A stretch of DNA of 64,000 nucleotides from Cyanophora paradoxa CCMP329 (taxonomy: Eukaryota > Plantae > Glaucophyta). The stretch is taken from positions 248,001 through 312,000 of the forward strand of contig QPMI01000626.1 in the NCBI GenBank assembly GCA_004431415.1. The letters run 5' to 3'. The notes below the pieces were generated by a model. The model made no database searches. It was not told where the DNA came from and saw only the letters and a program-made list of their open reading frames with translations. Below, one piece after another: positions 26,209-38,900 of this stretch. Position numbers and translations under genes: made by a program. The number at the start of each line of letters is the position of its first letter. The first letter of the stretch is position 1.

Positions 26209-26620
26209 TTAGTTGAACTGCCCGACGCCGCGGTAGCTGTCCTGACGCAAACAGAAGGCGGAAAAGGCAGCGCAGATGCGGATTGACGCGGTTCGCATGC
26301 TGTGTTTAGTTGAATTGCCTGACGCCGGCGCCACGGTAGCTATATAGCTGTCCTGACGCAAACAGACAGGTGGAGACGGAAGCGCGGCTGCGGGTCGATG
26401 CGGTTCGCATGCTGTGTTTAGTTGAATTGCCCGACACCGCGATAGCTGTCCTGACGCAAACAGAAGGCGGAAAAGGCAGCGCAGATGCGGATCGACGCGG
26501 TTCGCATGCTGTGTTTAGTTGAATTGCCTGACGCCGGCGCCACGGTAGCTGTCCTGACGCAAACAGACAGGTGGAGACGGCAGCGCAGCTGCGGGTCGAT
26601 GCGGTTCGCATGCGCATGCT
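26209..26620. repeat. Second copy of the four-unit tandem repeat
   Basis: Paralogous to 18656-19066. Confidence 0.85.
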
Positions 26621-27733
26621 GTGCTGCAGCCGATGATCATGAGCCCATGTGACGCGTTGCCTTACAGGCTAACGCACTTGCCACGGAGAAGGATCGCGAG
26701 GTTTGTTGCATGTAGATCTGCCGGCGCCGCAATGCTGCTGCAGCTGCTGTATATGCACAGATGGCTCGTACTCATCATATATATGCATAATCCTGGTCCT
26801 GTGGCTGCGGCAGGCCACGAATCAGCGGAACAAGGCTGAGCAGTTACTGGTCCGTTCTCGACAGAGGAACAGCTTCATTCACAGCTCAGCTCACGTGTGC
26901 GCGCAGAGTGAGAAACTTCACCTCGTGGCTGAGAACGCTGGGCTGCCCAAGCCGCGAACGTCTCGGAAGTTTTTGGAGGAGGACGAAGCCTGATCATGAT
27001 CATGAGCTCAAGGTGCCGCAGCACAGTCCGTGTGAGCTTACTTCTGTTTGTTTCTTTTGAGCTCCGGATCCAAGCCATCATGGCACATATATAATGATTG
27101 CAAATTGAACTGATCGCGTTTTCTCAGCAATGACGCTCGCGAGTCGGGATCCGGAGGTGTCAACCGGAGCATGCGGCCGCAGGGGGCCTAAACTACGAAA
27201 CTTGTCTGGTTCGTGTCCGGCTTGACGATCGTGTCCGGGTTGATTGATTAATTATAATTATGTACCTCACAAATTAGGTGCCCTAGCTCACCCTCTCGGC
27301 CCATGGCCGACCATGGCCGGGCCACCCCTAGCTAGTTTAGGCGCATGCCTCATAATCACTGGGTCAGGACTGGAGCATGCGCACTGCACGCACATACTTG
27401 ATAGCTATAGCAAGCATTCTGTAGATCGAGTATTAAAAAGTTATAATTAATGATGATATTTCGATCGGAATATCATGATCAGTAGACGCGAATGGATCCA
27501 GATATCGATTCATGATTGTTTCATTGGACACGAGTACTTTGAATGCTGCGGCGCATATGCATGTACCACCGCAGTCACAGATTGCGTGATCGTGGTTTTG
27601 ACTGATGTACATGTCCGAGTTGAACGTGACGCAATATAACACATCGCTAGGACGTCGGCTCCTCTCGCACAGGCCTAAGCTAACGGGCAACGTTGACATA
27701 TGCATTTATTACGAATCCCCCGCCCCGCCTTCG

Positions 27734-30700
27734 CTACCCCTCGCCGAGCCACTGCTGCCGGAGGGGCGCCGGCGCCGCCACCGGGAACGAGACCTCCCGC
27801 CTCAAAGAGGACGACGAGGGCGCCGACGGGGCGGAGGCCGAGGCCGAGGCCGACGCAGGCGCAGGCGGCCGCTCCCGCCGGAAGGAGGAGGAGGAGGAGG
27901 AAGGGGAGAGCGGGGTGGCGAGGGCGCTGGTCGAGGCGGAGGTGGAGAGGGAGGCGTAGGGGCCCCTCCCGGGCTGCTGCTGCTGCTGCTGCTGCGGCCG
28001 GCCCAGAGGGGACGGGAGGCCCCGCCGCCCGACGCTGTCGCCCCCGCCTCCGCCTCCGCCTCCGCTGCTGGTGCCCGGCCTCGCGAGGAATCCCTGCAGG
28101 CAGGATATCAAATCTTCCAAAGGACATCATAGCATAGCATAGCATAGCAGAGGGAGAGGCGGCGGGCACCAGCTCGCCGGCGGTGCCCGGCCTGGCGCCG
28201 GCGCCGGCCCCGGCGGAGGCTCCAAGGAGGCCGGAGGAGGGCGGGCGCCCGTCCGGCGAGCTGCCGCGCCGCGCCCGCTGCTCTGCCTGCGAGGGAGAGT
28301 GAGAACGAAATAAATAAGAGGAACACAAGCTTTAAGCATCCTTTAGACTTCACTTAGACCTGAGCGGGCCGCTCTAGTGCGGATGCAGCCAACAGCGGAT
28401 AACGACGGGCGGGGCGGGGCGGGGCGGGCCTGGAGGAAGGACTCGGCGTAGGACTTGAAGGAGCGCCAGACCGGCTCGTAGATCTTCAGCAGGAACCCCG
28501 CGTTGATCTGGGGGGGGGGGGGGGGGGGGGGGAAGGTGAGGGGGAGGAGGGGGGGAAGGAGGGGCCGCGGGCTCGCCTCGACGAATCGCTCGGGGCTGAA
28601 GCGCTCCTCGCCGCCCTGCAGCGAGATCGACCCGCCCGTCGCCCCGTCCACGCTGCGCGCGAGGGGCAGGAAGAGGACAAGTCAGGGCGGGGCGGGGCGG
28701 TTAAACAGGGCGGATGGGAGATCGAGAGCCGGGCTCGGGAACTCTTCGGAAGAAGTCTTCGGATTCTAGAGGGGGGCCGGTCCGCGCCTGCATATGTGGA
28801 GGAACTCGACCTCGAAGAAAGCTAAAAGAAGCAGAAAGCTCTGGAAACTTAAAGGAGTAAAGAGGAGTTAAACTCTAAGGAGGGAGGAGGTTAAACTCTA
28901 AGGAACTTCAAAAAATGGAGGAGAGGATTAGAAGGGCATAAATCTAGAGGAGGAGGAGCTTCTCAGCTTGAGGAGCTAAGAGGAGAGAGCTCAAGAACCC
29001 TCTAAGAACTCGGATTCCAGAGGGGAGCCGGGCCGCGCCTGCATATGTGGAGGAACTCGACCTCGTCGGCGTGCACGGCGTGCATCCACCGCTGCCCGTA
29101 CCCCGCCAGCCGCTCCGCCACCTGCGCCCGGCCGGGCCGGCGAGGGGTTAGTAGTCGGCGGGGGGGTCTGGAGCGCAGGGACGGGGGCGGAGCGGGGGGC
29201 CCTGGGGCGCAGGGGCTATCTATTGGCTGGACGAAGAGGCTTCTAGACCAACAAGGCCCTCTCTAGGCCTTTATTCGGGGCGCGGTGGGGGCTCTGGGGC
29301 GCGCCTTGTAGCGGGCGGCGGTGTAGAGGTCGAAGGAGCGGCCGACGGCGCAGAAGAGGCCGCGGTCCGCGTGCGGCGCCGCCTTCGGCTTCACGTACCT
29401 GTACCCGGGCGGGGGGGGGGAAGGTGAGGTGTCAGTACCGCGCCGCGGGAAGGGAAGCGCGGGATCCCGGGACCGCCTAAAAGCCGCCGCTACTGAGCGG
29501 TTAGAGGCCTCTAGCTGCGGGCATGTGGATGTAGCGGGGAGCCGTGTCCCCGGGAGGGCGGGGGCGAGGCGCACACGACGTCGCGGAAGAGGCGGGGACC
29601 GGGAGGGCGCTTACAAGCTTTTAAGCTTTTCAAGCTTCTAAGGTTTTAAGGTTTTAATCTTTTAACGGGAGGCCTTAGAAGCCAAGGGGGCTTTCAACAC
29701 AATAAAGTGATAACGTAAAGAAGAAGGTCGGATGTGCGCACACGACGTCGCGGAAGAGGCGGCGGAGGAGGCAGAGGACGCCGGCGGGCCACACGCGGGG
29801 GCCCACGTCCAGCAGCAGCACAAGCGAGCCCCCGTCCTGGGGGGGGAGCGGGGTCGAAAGTTAGTTAGGATGCTTCGGAAGAGTTCATCGGGGGGCGGGG
29901 GCTCGCCTTGAGGTTGCGGAGGGCGGCGACGGTCTGGGCGATGAGGAGGCTCCGCTTCAGCCGCACGCTGTGCACGTGGTACGTCTGCCCGCGGCGCCCC
30001 GCCCGTCAGCGGCCGTCAGAACGAGGGAGAGATCCAGCTAAGAGAGCTCCCGCGAGGGAAGCTAGGCTAGCTAGCTAGCTAGCTGGAAGCTAGAGGCGAG
30101 AAGAGAAGGAGCTAGGCCCAGTTGGGGAGGAGGGCGCGCCGTCAGCGGCCGTCAGCGGCCGTCAGAACGAGGGAGGGACCTCCGAGGCTCGGCGGCGCGC
30201 CGGTCGACGGCGCCTAGAAGCCGGCTAGCCGGCTAGCTAGCCCAGCTAGGTCCAGCTCGAGGAGCGAGCGCCCGGCGAATGCGGTGACGGGTCTAGCTGG
30301 AAGCTAGCTAGCTAGCTTGCTGGAAGCTAGAGGCTAAGTTAAAAGCAAGGCCTTGCTAGCTAGTTAGGCTAGGCCGAGGAGGGCAGAGGAGGGACGAAGG
30401 GCGCCCGGGGGTCTAGTTGGAAGCTAGCAAGCTAGCTAGCTAGCTAGAAGTTAAGAGGCGAGGAGAAGCTAGGCCGAGAGAAGCGAGAAGCGAGGAGAGA
30501 CTAGGCGAGGAGAAGCTAGGAGAGCCGAGGGGCGGGCTCACGGCGAAGGCGGTGACGAGGTCGACGACGTTGGTGAGGCGCGTGGAGCGGTCCTTCTGGA
30601 AGAGCAGCGCCAGCGGGTCCTTCGCCGCCTCCTCGTGCCGCACCTGCAAAAGGGGGGGGGGGGGGGGGGGGGTCAGCCGCGGTGGCCCTAGAGCGGACGG

Positions 30701-32105
30701 GCGGGCGGGCGGGGGGTACGGGCGGGCCTGGAAGTGGTGCGGGATGCCGTTGTTCAGGTGCACCTGCGCCCCCCGGCTTGATTTCGGGGGAGGGAGGGTA
30801 CGGCTTGATTTCGGGGGAGGGGGGTACGCGGACCTCCTTCATGAGCTGGAAGTGCCACTGCTGGTTGAAGCGCAGCTCCCAGCCCTTCTCCAGGCAGACC
30901 CCCACGCCTTTCACGTAGTTCTGAGGGGGGTACGGCTGAATTTAGGGAGGGGGAAGGCAGCTTGGGGTACGCGGCGCGGCTCGCCTGGGCCCGCGAGAGG
31001 ATGTAGCTCGCGCATCCGCCGGGTAGGCAGTTGATGTCTGGCGGGGGGGTTCAGGTCACTGGAACGGGAGCGAGGGAACGCGGCTGCACGAGGGAGGGAG
31101 AGGGAGGGGGTACCGTAAAACTGGCCCACGGCGCCGGGGGACGTGAAATAATCACCGCAGGCCTCGTCCACCTCCTTCATTCTGGGGGGGGTACGCGGTC
31201 GGCGCGGAGGGGCCGAGACGGGTGCGCGCGAGGCGGGTGAGCTAAAGTAGCGATAATTGCAGTGCAGTCCTAGCTGAGCCGCTCGGCTCGAAGGCTCGCT
31301 GCCCGCGGGAGGCGGGGGGAGAAGAAGCGGGAGGGTACGCACATCTGCCCGAAGCGGCCGAGGGAGGACCCGCCCACCTTGTCCCCCCGGAACTTGGCCT
31401 CGATCTCCTGGCTGTACGAGCTCCTCGAGAGCCGCTCCCGCACCGCGAAGAGCTCCCTGGGGGGTACGCGATATCAGCTCGGGGGTACGGGCGGGGTCGG
31501 TGGCTACGGAAGGGGGGTACCGGTAGTGGAGGTTCCGGCGGAGGAAGTGCAGGTGGAAGATCTCCTTGGGGCCTGGGCGGGGGTACAAGGTTAGACTGGC
31601 GGGGCCTCCGGGGGATCAGGCGAGGGGGGGGTACGGCTCGCGCACTCCAGAACGTCTCGCGGTCCTCCTCGGGTACGTAGTTCGGGTCCTCGTCCAGGAT
31701 GAGCGAGCCGGCCGTCGTACCCCGGGAGCGCGGCCGGGCGAGGGCGCTGGCGCTGCGGCTGGCGGGGCGGGACCCGGCGCCGCCGCCGGCGGCGGGCAGA
31801 CCCGAGGCGGTGGCAGGCCGCGGGCGCTCGACTTCGCCACCGAAGGGGAGGTACGCCCCGCGCCCCGCGACGACCGCCGGCTTGCCCACGCCCTCAGCCA
31901 CGCTCATGCGCGGGCCGCGGAGCCGGGCGGCCGGAGAGCTGTTCGGGCGGTTGCTCCCGAGCATTGACGGCGTGCGCCGCAGCACCGGCGTCGAGGCGGA
32001 GCTCAGCGGGCGGAGCGGCGGGACCTCGGGGTGCTGGTGGGCGGGCGGCGGGCTCGGGGGAGAAGCTGCTGTTGGGCTCCAGGCTGCCTTTGGAGACTCA
32101 GCCAT
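27734..32105 (-). CDS. FtsJ/RrmJ-like methyltransferase domain protein, copy 3
   Basis: Same exons; N-terminus MAESPKAAWSP; more diverged in the 5' half. Confidence 0.65.
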
Positions 32106-32694
32106 TGCTGCCGCTGTCTGAAGGCCGCCAGGAAGAGGAAGAGCGCGCGCCCGACTTGGTCAGGGCAGCGGCTCGATGGGAGAGTCCCGCCTGCAGCGCG
32201 CGCTTAGCTAACGCATCCAGAGCAATTAAGGGCAGGTTTAGAGAGCAGAGCCGCACCGCCCAGGGCCCGGCGCGAGAGGATGCGGATGTGCGGTTTTAGG
32301 TCAGTTCGCCGCCGCGGCTGAAGCAGACGCCAGGGAGCTGCTGGATGGTGCCAATACCTACTAGCAGGGCTCTCGGAAGCTTGGCGAAGCTTGGAGAAGC
32401 TTGCGGGCTTGTTGGGCTCGTTGTTAGATGCTTGTACCCCTGCGTGAAGTAGCCCCCGCTGCAGCCGCGCTCGAAAGCCCGCCGCGCGACGGGACAGCAA
32501 AGCTCGGCTCAGCTTAAACAACTAGCTCGAGTGAGCCTAAGCGCAACGGTCGCCCGCTCAAGTTCGCTACAGCCCGGCTACACAGCCGTTAGTCGCTCCC
32601 GTGCCCTGCTTCCCACTGCTGAGGCGTGCAATGGCAGCGTCCTCCCGCCTCTAGCGTTCCGGGCCTTCCCGCGGCCGGCCAGAAAGACTCGGAG

Positions 32695-35680
32695 ATGCGA
32701 GCGCAACGCGGCCCTGCCGCAGTAGCCCCAGCTCCGGCGTCCCAGGTGTTTACGCGGACCGAGACGCCGGACGATGGCTTACTTGACAGCGAGCTCGCCG
32801 TGTCGCCCCCGGCGGCGCGCGCCGAGCTGCCCCTGCGAAGCTTCGATGAGCCGGCCCCCGGGCCAGCGGCGGCCGCCGCGGCCAACGCCGTCATGCATCG
32901 GAAGTGGGCGGCGCATTCGCGGGACGGAGACGGGCCCGATCGGCCGGCCGCCCGCTCGCCGGCCGCCAGTTCCGACATACTCTGCTCGTCCGTGTCGGCG
33001 GCAACGATGCGCCGACTGATAGAGGCGCCTCTGTACCCATTGGAGGGGGATCTACGCCTCTCGGACTCGCCCCTGTACGCCCCCTCTCCCCTCGCTTCCT
33101 CGGCCCTGCTGACCGCCCGCCGCCCGCCCCCCGCCCAGGCTCCTTTCCCTCATGAAGGTACCCCCGTGCGATTCGGGCGTACCCCTGCTGCCGCCCGCTC
33201 ACGCCCCGCACAGATCGTCGGCGCGGTACCCCCCTCGCGCAGCCGCGTTCTGAACGGGGTACACGTCGTCCTCGTTCTCCTCCTCGCCGCCCTGGCCCCC
33301 GTCCCCTGGACCGCGATCTACGTCGTGCAGGGTACGCGCTTCTTCGGCCATCGCTCTCGGTGCCCCTGCCTCGTCGAGGGATCGAATCGCAGAGAAGCCG
33401 TTCCACGTCCCGGCGGCGGTGCTTGGGTACTGTACCCCCGCTCGATCTCCGCCGAAACCCCCTTCCTTCCTTCCTCAAAGGCCGCCGCAGGGGTACCGTG
33501 ATGGTCAGCCTCTGCGCTTTTTCTATCTGGTATTACCGCTCTACCCCCCACGGGCCCAACGTCATCGCGCTAGCCGCCCGCCTGCTCCGGTTCCCCCCCC
33601 CCCCCCCCCCCCCCCCCCCGCCTCCTCCCCGGCACCGGGCGATCCCTTTCGCAGCTCGCGTCGGCGCGAGGCGGCGCGGCGTACGATGGCTACCACTCTG
33701 CTTTTCCTGTACCTGGGCCTTGGTTCGCTGTACCCCCAGCCCGGACCTGCCCGGCCTGATCCGCGGGCGCAGCCGTCTCGCAGACGCTCCTCACTTGCTG
33801 GTGGATCTTCAGCACGAGGGGGTACGGGCGCCGGCTCGGCGCAAACCGACCCGCCCGGATTCGAGCCCGGGCCCCGCCCGAAAGCGCAGCTACTACAAGA
33901 GCTCGACGTGGCTACCCGTCTGCATCGTCTCGGTAGCGACGGTGGTCCGCGTATCTCCCCCCCCTCTTGAGTCTTCCCCGCAACAGGTTTTCGTAACCCG
34001 GTACCCCCCGGCAGTCGATCGTGGACATCGGCGCGGGCCTCACCATCTTCTCCTTCGCCCTGCAGACCAGTCTCTTTGTCGCGTGCGATACATCATCGTA
34101 CCCCCCGCCCCTTCATCCCCGCGAACGAACCGCGTACCCCACCCCAGGTGCTACCAGGACATCACGGAGGAGATCGGGGCACCGGACGCGGAGGAGGGGG
34201 CCCTGATCCGGGGGCTCGAGAGGTAGCCGTACCCCCCCCCTGCCCGGATTCGCGCGATCTAAGGCGGGTAAGGGTCGCTCGGCCGAGGGCCGCCCATAAA
34301 CACCTTCTCTTCACTCTGTAGTCTGGGGCTGCGTTTCTTGCGCGGCGTGGTGTCCATTGCTAAATATCGATATCCAAACATCTCTTAGCGCCGCCCATAA
34401 CTACGTTCTCTTAACCGTCTAATCTGAGTCTGCGGCTCTAAACATCCTTCTCCTCAGGTTCCCTGCGGTCGCCGAGCTGGTGACGTCGACCGAGGCAGCC
34501 TGGGGCCCCTTCCTCGCCCCCGTCACGGTGCCTTTCCCTCCCGAGGGGGGTACAGGAGCTTTCAGGGAAGAGGGGGAGAGGGGCGTAGGGAGCAGCAGCT
34601 TTCAGGGGCCTCCCCCCTTTCCCGCCCGGGCCTCTACCCCCGCCTTCTGGGCCCTCTGAGCGCCCTGCGACGGCAGGGGGTGGCGGGGATGGCGTTCGCG
34701 TACATGGCCTACGTCTTCTACGGTTCGTTCCGTGTCCGCGCGCCCGTTCAAAGTCTCGGGTCCTAGCTCGCATTCTCGAAGATCGTAACTCTAACCTCGC
34801 CGCCTCCCCATTTAATAGTCTTAGGTCCTCCTTAGATCATAACTCTAACCTCGCCGGCAGACGCGGTCCCCTTTAATAGTCTTAGGTCATCTTTAATAGT
34901 CTTAGGTCCCCTTGAAATAGTCTAAAGTCCCTTGTCCGTCTTCTCTGTCTTCTATGGTCTGTCTGACGTCTTAGCCCGCAGACGAGAGACCTCGCCTCTA
35001 AGATTATAAATCTAACCGCGGCGGCAGACGCGGAGCAGGACTTCGTGATCCTCTGCTACGCCCTCGCGATGGCCTCCATCTCGGGTCCGCTCCCCCTTTA
35101 GAGCCCTTCGCTGCGGCCTTGAGCTTCTCGCTCGCTCGCTCTCCCTCGCTCTTAGGCTTGTTCTCAGGCTTCTTCCTGGTCTCGGCGGCGCGGGTCACGT
35201 CGGCGGCCGCCGGCGTGCGGGACGCGGCGGGTCGCTACCTCATGCCGGGGGCGGGGCGGGGGCGGGGCGCCGGCCCCCCCGGCCCGCCCAGTGCGCCCGC
35301 GCCCCGCGCCCCTCGCGCCCAGTGCCTCGCGCTTCGGCGTGCGCTGACGCGCGCGCCGCCGCCAGGGCCGAGGGACCCGCCGAGCGGGCCGCGGTTCGCT
35401 TTCTCCACTACTTCGGCTCCCGGGAGGTGCGTCTCTCAGCTACCCTTCGAACCGATTCCAAGCGCTTGGATTACTATAACTTGACTCGAACTTCTCCTTG
35501 TTATAATAAGTTATAACTTTAAGAAAGCAAGGCCTAATCTATATCGTAACTCGAACTTCGCAGCAAGGCTTCCGGGTGCTGGGCGTGCTGGTCACGAAGA
35601 GCCTCCTCTCCCGCGTCCTGTACCTCCTCCTCTCCGCCGCCGGCCTCCTCCTCCGCCTCGCCCTCAACCGCTCCCTCTGA
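32695..35680 (+). CDS. Multi-pass membrane protein, GRL/DUF3537 (7TM ion channel, Or/Gr-like) family candidate
   Basis: Hydrophobic exons, ending DFVILCYALAMASISGFFLVSAARVTSAAAGVRD..RFLHYFGSRE|QGFRVLGVLVTKSLLSRVLYLLLSAAGLLLRL*, matching the TM6 and split-TM7 pattern of DUF3537/GRL. Confidence 0.6.
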
Positions 35681-35967
35681 CGGGCTGCGGCGCCGCGCGG
35701 CCGCGGGTCCGGCCGCACTGCGGCAGCTAGCTAGGAGCTAGCCTAGTAGACTCTGCAGCTGTAAGCTATGAGCTGACTAGTGTTTACGAGGTCAGGATAG
35801 AGCACAAAGAGCCTCGGGGACGGGGGAATCAAAGCCTGGCGGCGGCGGCGGCCGCCGGGCCCATATGTACGGCACGCGTACGCGTACGGCGCACAAGTAC
35901 TGCAACTTTTGATCCGAGCGAGTCCGACCGACGCCGGTTCGACTCCGAACTCTTCCCGAGATATTCG

Positions 35968-38900
35968 ATGCTGGCCTTCGCGGGGCTCCCGGCGGCTCCG
36001 GCCGTGCCGCGCAGCGCACCGGCCACCGTAGCCGTGACGCATGCCAGCGTGCGGCAGCCGCCGGCGCCTCGGGCCGCGCTCGCGAGCCGCACGCCGCGCT
36101 CCTTCCTCGGAGCGCGGCCGGGGTTCTTCAGCGGCTCCGTGGCCTTCGAGCGGCAGCTAGCGCTCCGCCGCGACCAGCAACCCTCCCGAATCGCCGCGCA
36201 CGCGTCGGCGTCGTTAGAGGACATGCAGGCCCGGCTCGCAGCGAGCACAATCATGAAGACGGGGCGGCCGGCCCTCGACGATGAGATCGCGAAGTTTGTC
36301 GTCGCTGCTCTCAAGGACGACGATGCGCTGGTTCGCTCGGCGGCTCGGCGGTCGGCGCGGAGCTGTCACGCCGCTCACGCGCCGGCTGCACGTCGCAGAT
36401 CGCGGCAGCGAAGGAGCTGAGGAAGGTGGCGGTCGCTGCAGAAGATTCGTACATGGTCGGGCAGGTCCGCCCCCCGGGAACGAACCAGAACGAGGCACGC
36501 CGGCCGAACCGCCCACGCCGCCGCTCGCCGCCGCGCAGGTCCTCTGCCGAGCGGCGCGCGTCATCGCACACGAGCTGCAGCTCATCGAACGGTGCGGCGG
36601 CCCTCTCCGGATCCGAAGCCGCGAAGCCCGCCGCGCGGCCCGCCGCATCGCTCAAGCTTAGACCCTCGGCCCGCGCGCGCCTCGCAGCGCCGAAGCGGTG
36701 GTTTACAAGGGCGCGCCCGCGGCGGAGTTTGCAGCATCCCCGCAGCTCATCATGCCCATCATCTCCTTCTTCGTCGCCCGCGACGGTGCTTGCTTTGCTC
36801 GCGTTCGCGCATCCGTTCCCGTACCCCGGCCGATCAATCCCCCGTACAGACTTCGACAAGTGGGCGAAGGCGTACGCGTTTTACGCGGAGTCGGCCAGCG
36901 CAGAGGCCGCCGGCACGGCGGCGATGGAGGCCGCCAAGGTGCCCCCGTACCCCCCTCGCGGCCCCGCCCCGACGAACTCGCCCGAACGCGTACCCACTTA
37001 GGCCTCGTCGGGAGAGCGCGGCATCGTTCGCCCGCTGAGCGAACCCTTCGAGCCCCTGCAGTCCAAGGTCTCGTACCCCCGCCACAGGCCCAATCTATTC
37101 TTAGTTTCGAATCGGATCCGCGTACCCCGCAGGTGGCGGCGGGCCTTTGTATGCGGAGAGAGTTTGCGACGGCGCGGGCGGCGCTGCCGCCCAACTCCCG
37201 CCAGTACGGCTGGTTCGCCCGGGGCGCACCCTCCCTTCCCACCCCCCCCCCCCCCCCCCCCCCTCCATTCTACGTATGAGGCCTCTTTCCGGCCTCGTCC
37301 CGTGTCCCCCGTCCCCACCCTGTACGCCCTCGCTCCCCCAACCGTGCGCGTACCCCTCCAGGTGCTGCCTTTACGCGATCGGGAACCTGCTGGTACCCCG
37401 CCCCCGCCCCTCCCCCGCCCCCCTCCTGGCCCCCTCCGATCCCGGTACCCAGGTGCTGGCCCTGGGCGGGGGCTCCCACGTGGGCGAGATCCTCAACCCG
37501 GCGTACCCCATCACCCCCAAGGACGTGCGCTCACCCGCCCCACCCTATTCGTCCGCCCCTCCCCCTTAACCAGCCCGGCCCGCCCTTCAGGTGCCGGGGC
37601 GGCTGCGTCCGATCGTGCAGGAGTTCGCGTCGGTCGAGGAGCTCGGCTCCACCCGCTGCAACATGGTCCGACCCGCCCAGCGCCCCCGCCCCGCCCCGCC
37701 CCACCCCACCCGCCCCGCCCGCCCAGCGCCCCCCAGCGCCCCACCCCGCCTCGCAATCAAGCAAGCTCCGCCCGCCCCGCCCCGCCCGCCCCACCCCACC
37801 CCGCCCCGCCCAGCGCCCCCCAGCGCCCCACCCCGCCTCGCAATCAAGCAAGCTCCGCCCGCCCCGGCCCGCCCCGCCCCGCCCCGCCCGCGCTTGCAAG
37901 ACAGCGAGGAGGGGTAGAGGCTCCATCCGCGCGGGAGAGAGACGCGCACCACGCGCCGCCGACCTCCCTTAGAACCCCTCCTATCTCCCTCTCTCGCCGA
38001 CCTCCCCGAGGGATCTAGGCAATCCAAGCGATCTCTTCCGACCCAAGCGCCTCCCCCGCTCCCCGCCCTCCTGACGCCGCCCCCCCAGGTTGCCGACTGG
38101 GCGCTGCGGCTGCTGCGGAGCAACCTGCCGCCCGAGAAGGCCCTCCCCGCCCTCGACCTCATCGTGCCCCTCTTCGACGAGGTGCGAGCGGCCCTAAGAA
38201 GAAGCTTAAGATGCCGCCGCCTAAGGCCCCGCCCCGCCGCGATGAAGCCTAGGAGCTCCAGCTCTAGCTCCAGCTCTAGCTCTAGCGCCAGCCCCTCTTC
38301 GACGAGGTGCGAGGTGGAGCGAGCTAGTGCTGCGGCCCTCGGGGCGCGACGCGCGGGGCGTCTAGCTCTAGGCCCTCCCCGTATCCCCGGCGCCTCCCAC
38401 CCCCCTGGAGCTCCTGCCGCCGAGGCTCCCAGGAGCCTTGCTCCAGCCCCACCTCCAGCTCCAGCTCAGGCCCCTTCGCCCTCGACCTCGTCGCTATATT
38501 TAGCTCCAGGCGCCCCGCGCCCCCGGAGCTCCTGCCCTCTGTTCTAGCCGGCCTCCCCGCCCGCCTCGCCCCGCATCGCCTCTGTTCTCGCGCCCCCCGC
38601 GCCCCGCCGGCTAGCTTGCGCGGGCTAGCTAGCTAGCCAGCGAGCTGGCCGGCTCCCTTTCCGCCCGCCTCGCCTCGCCTCTGCTCTCGCCGGCCGGCTG
38701 ACCGGCGCGCTCGGCCCCGCCCTCCCTCCGCGCAGGTGGGCCACCGGCACGACGTGATGCGGGGGGCGCTGGCGTTCGCCCGCGAGTCGGGCACGGGGCC
38801 CCGCCTCGCCGAGGAGGCCCTCGCACGGGTGCGCCGACGCGAGCGGGGTGTAGAAGCGGGGCGGCTCGCTGGGCCGTCCCCCCGCCTGGAGCGTCCGCCC

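Larger units (their letters stand above)
11909..32500. repeat. Tandem segmental triplication, unit about 7.5 kb (junctions near 19,840 and 27,370; third unit lacks most of the spacer)
   Basis: Near-identical ORF sets at an offset of about 7,545 bp (e.g. 17063 vs 24608); the same gene recurs three times. Confidence 0.95.
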
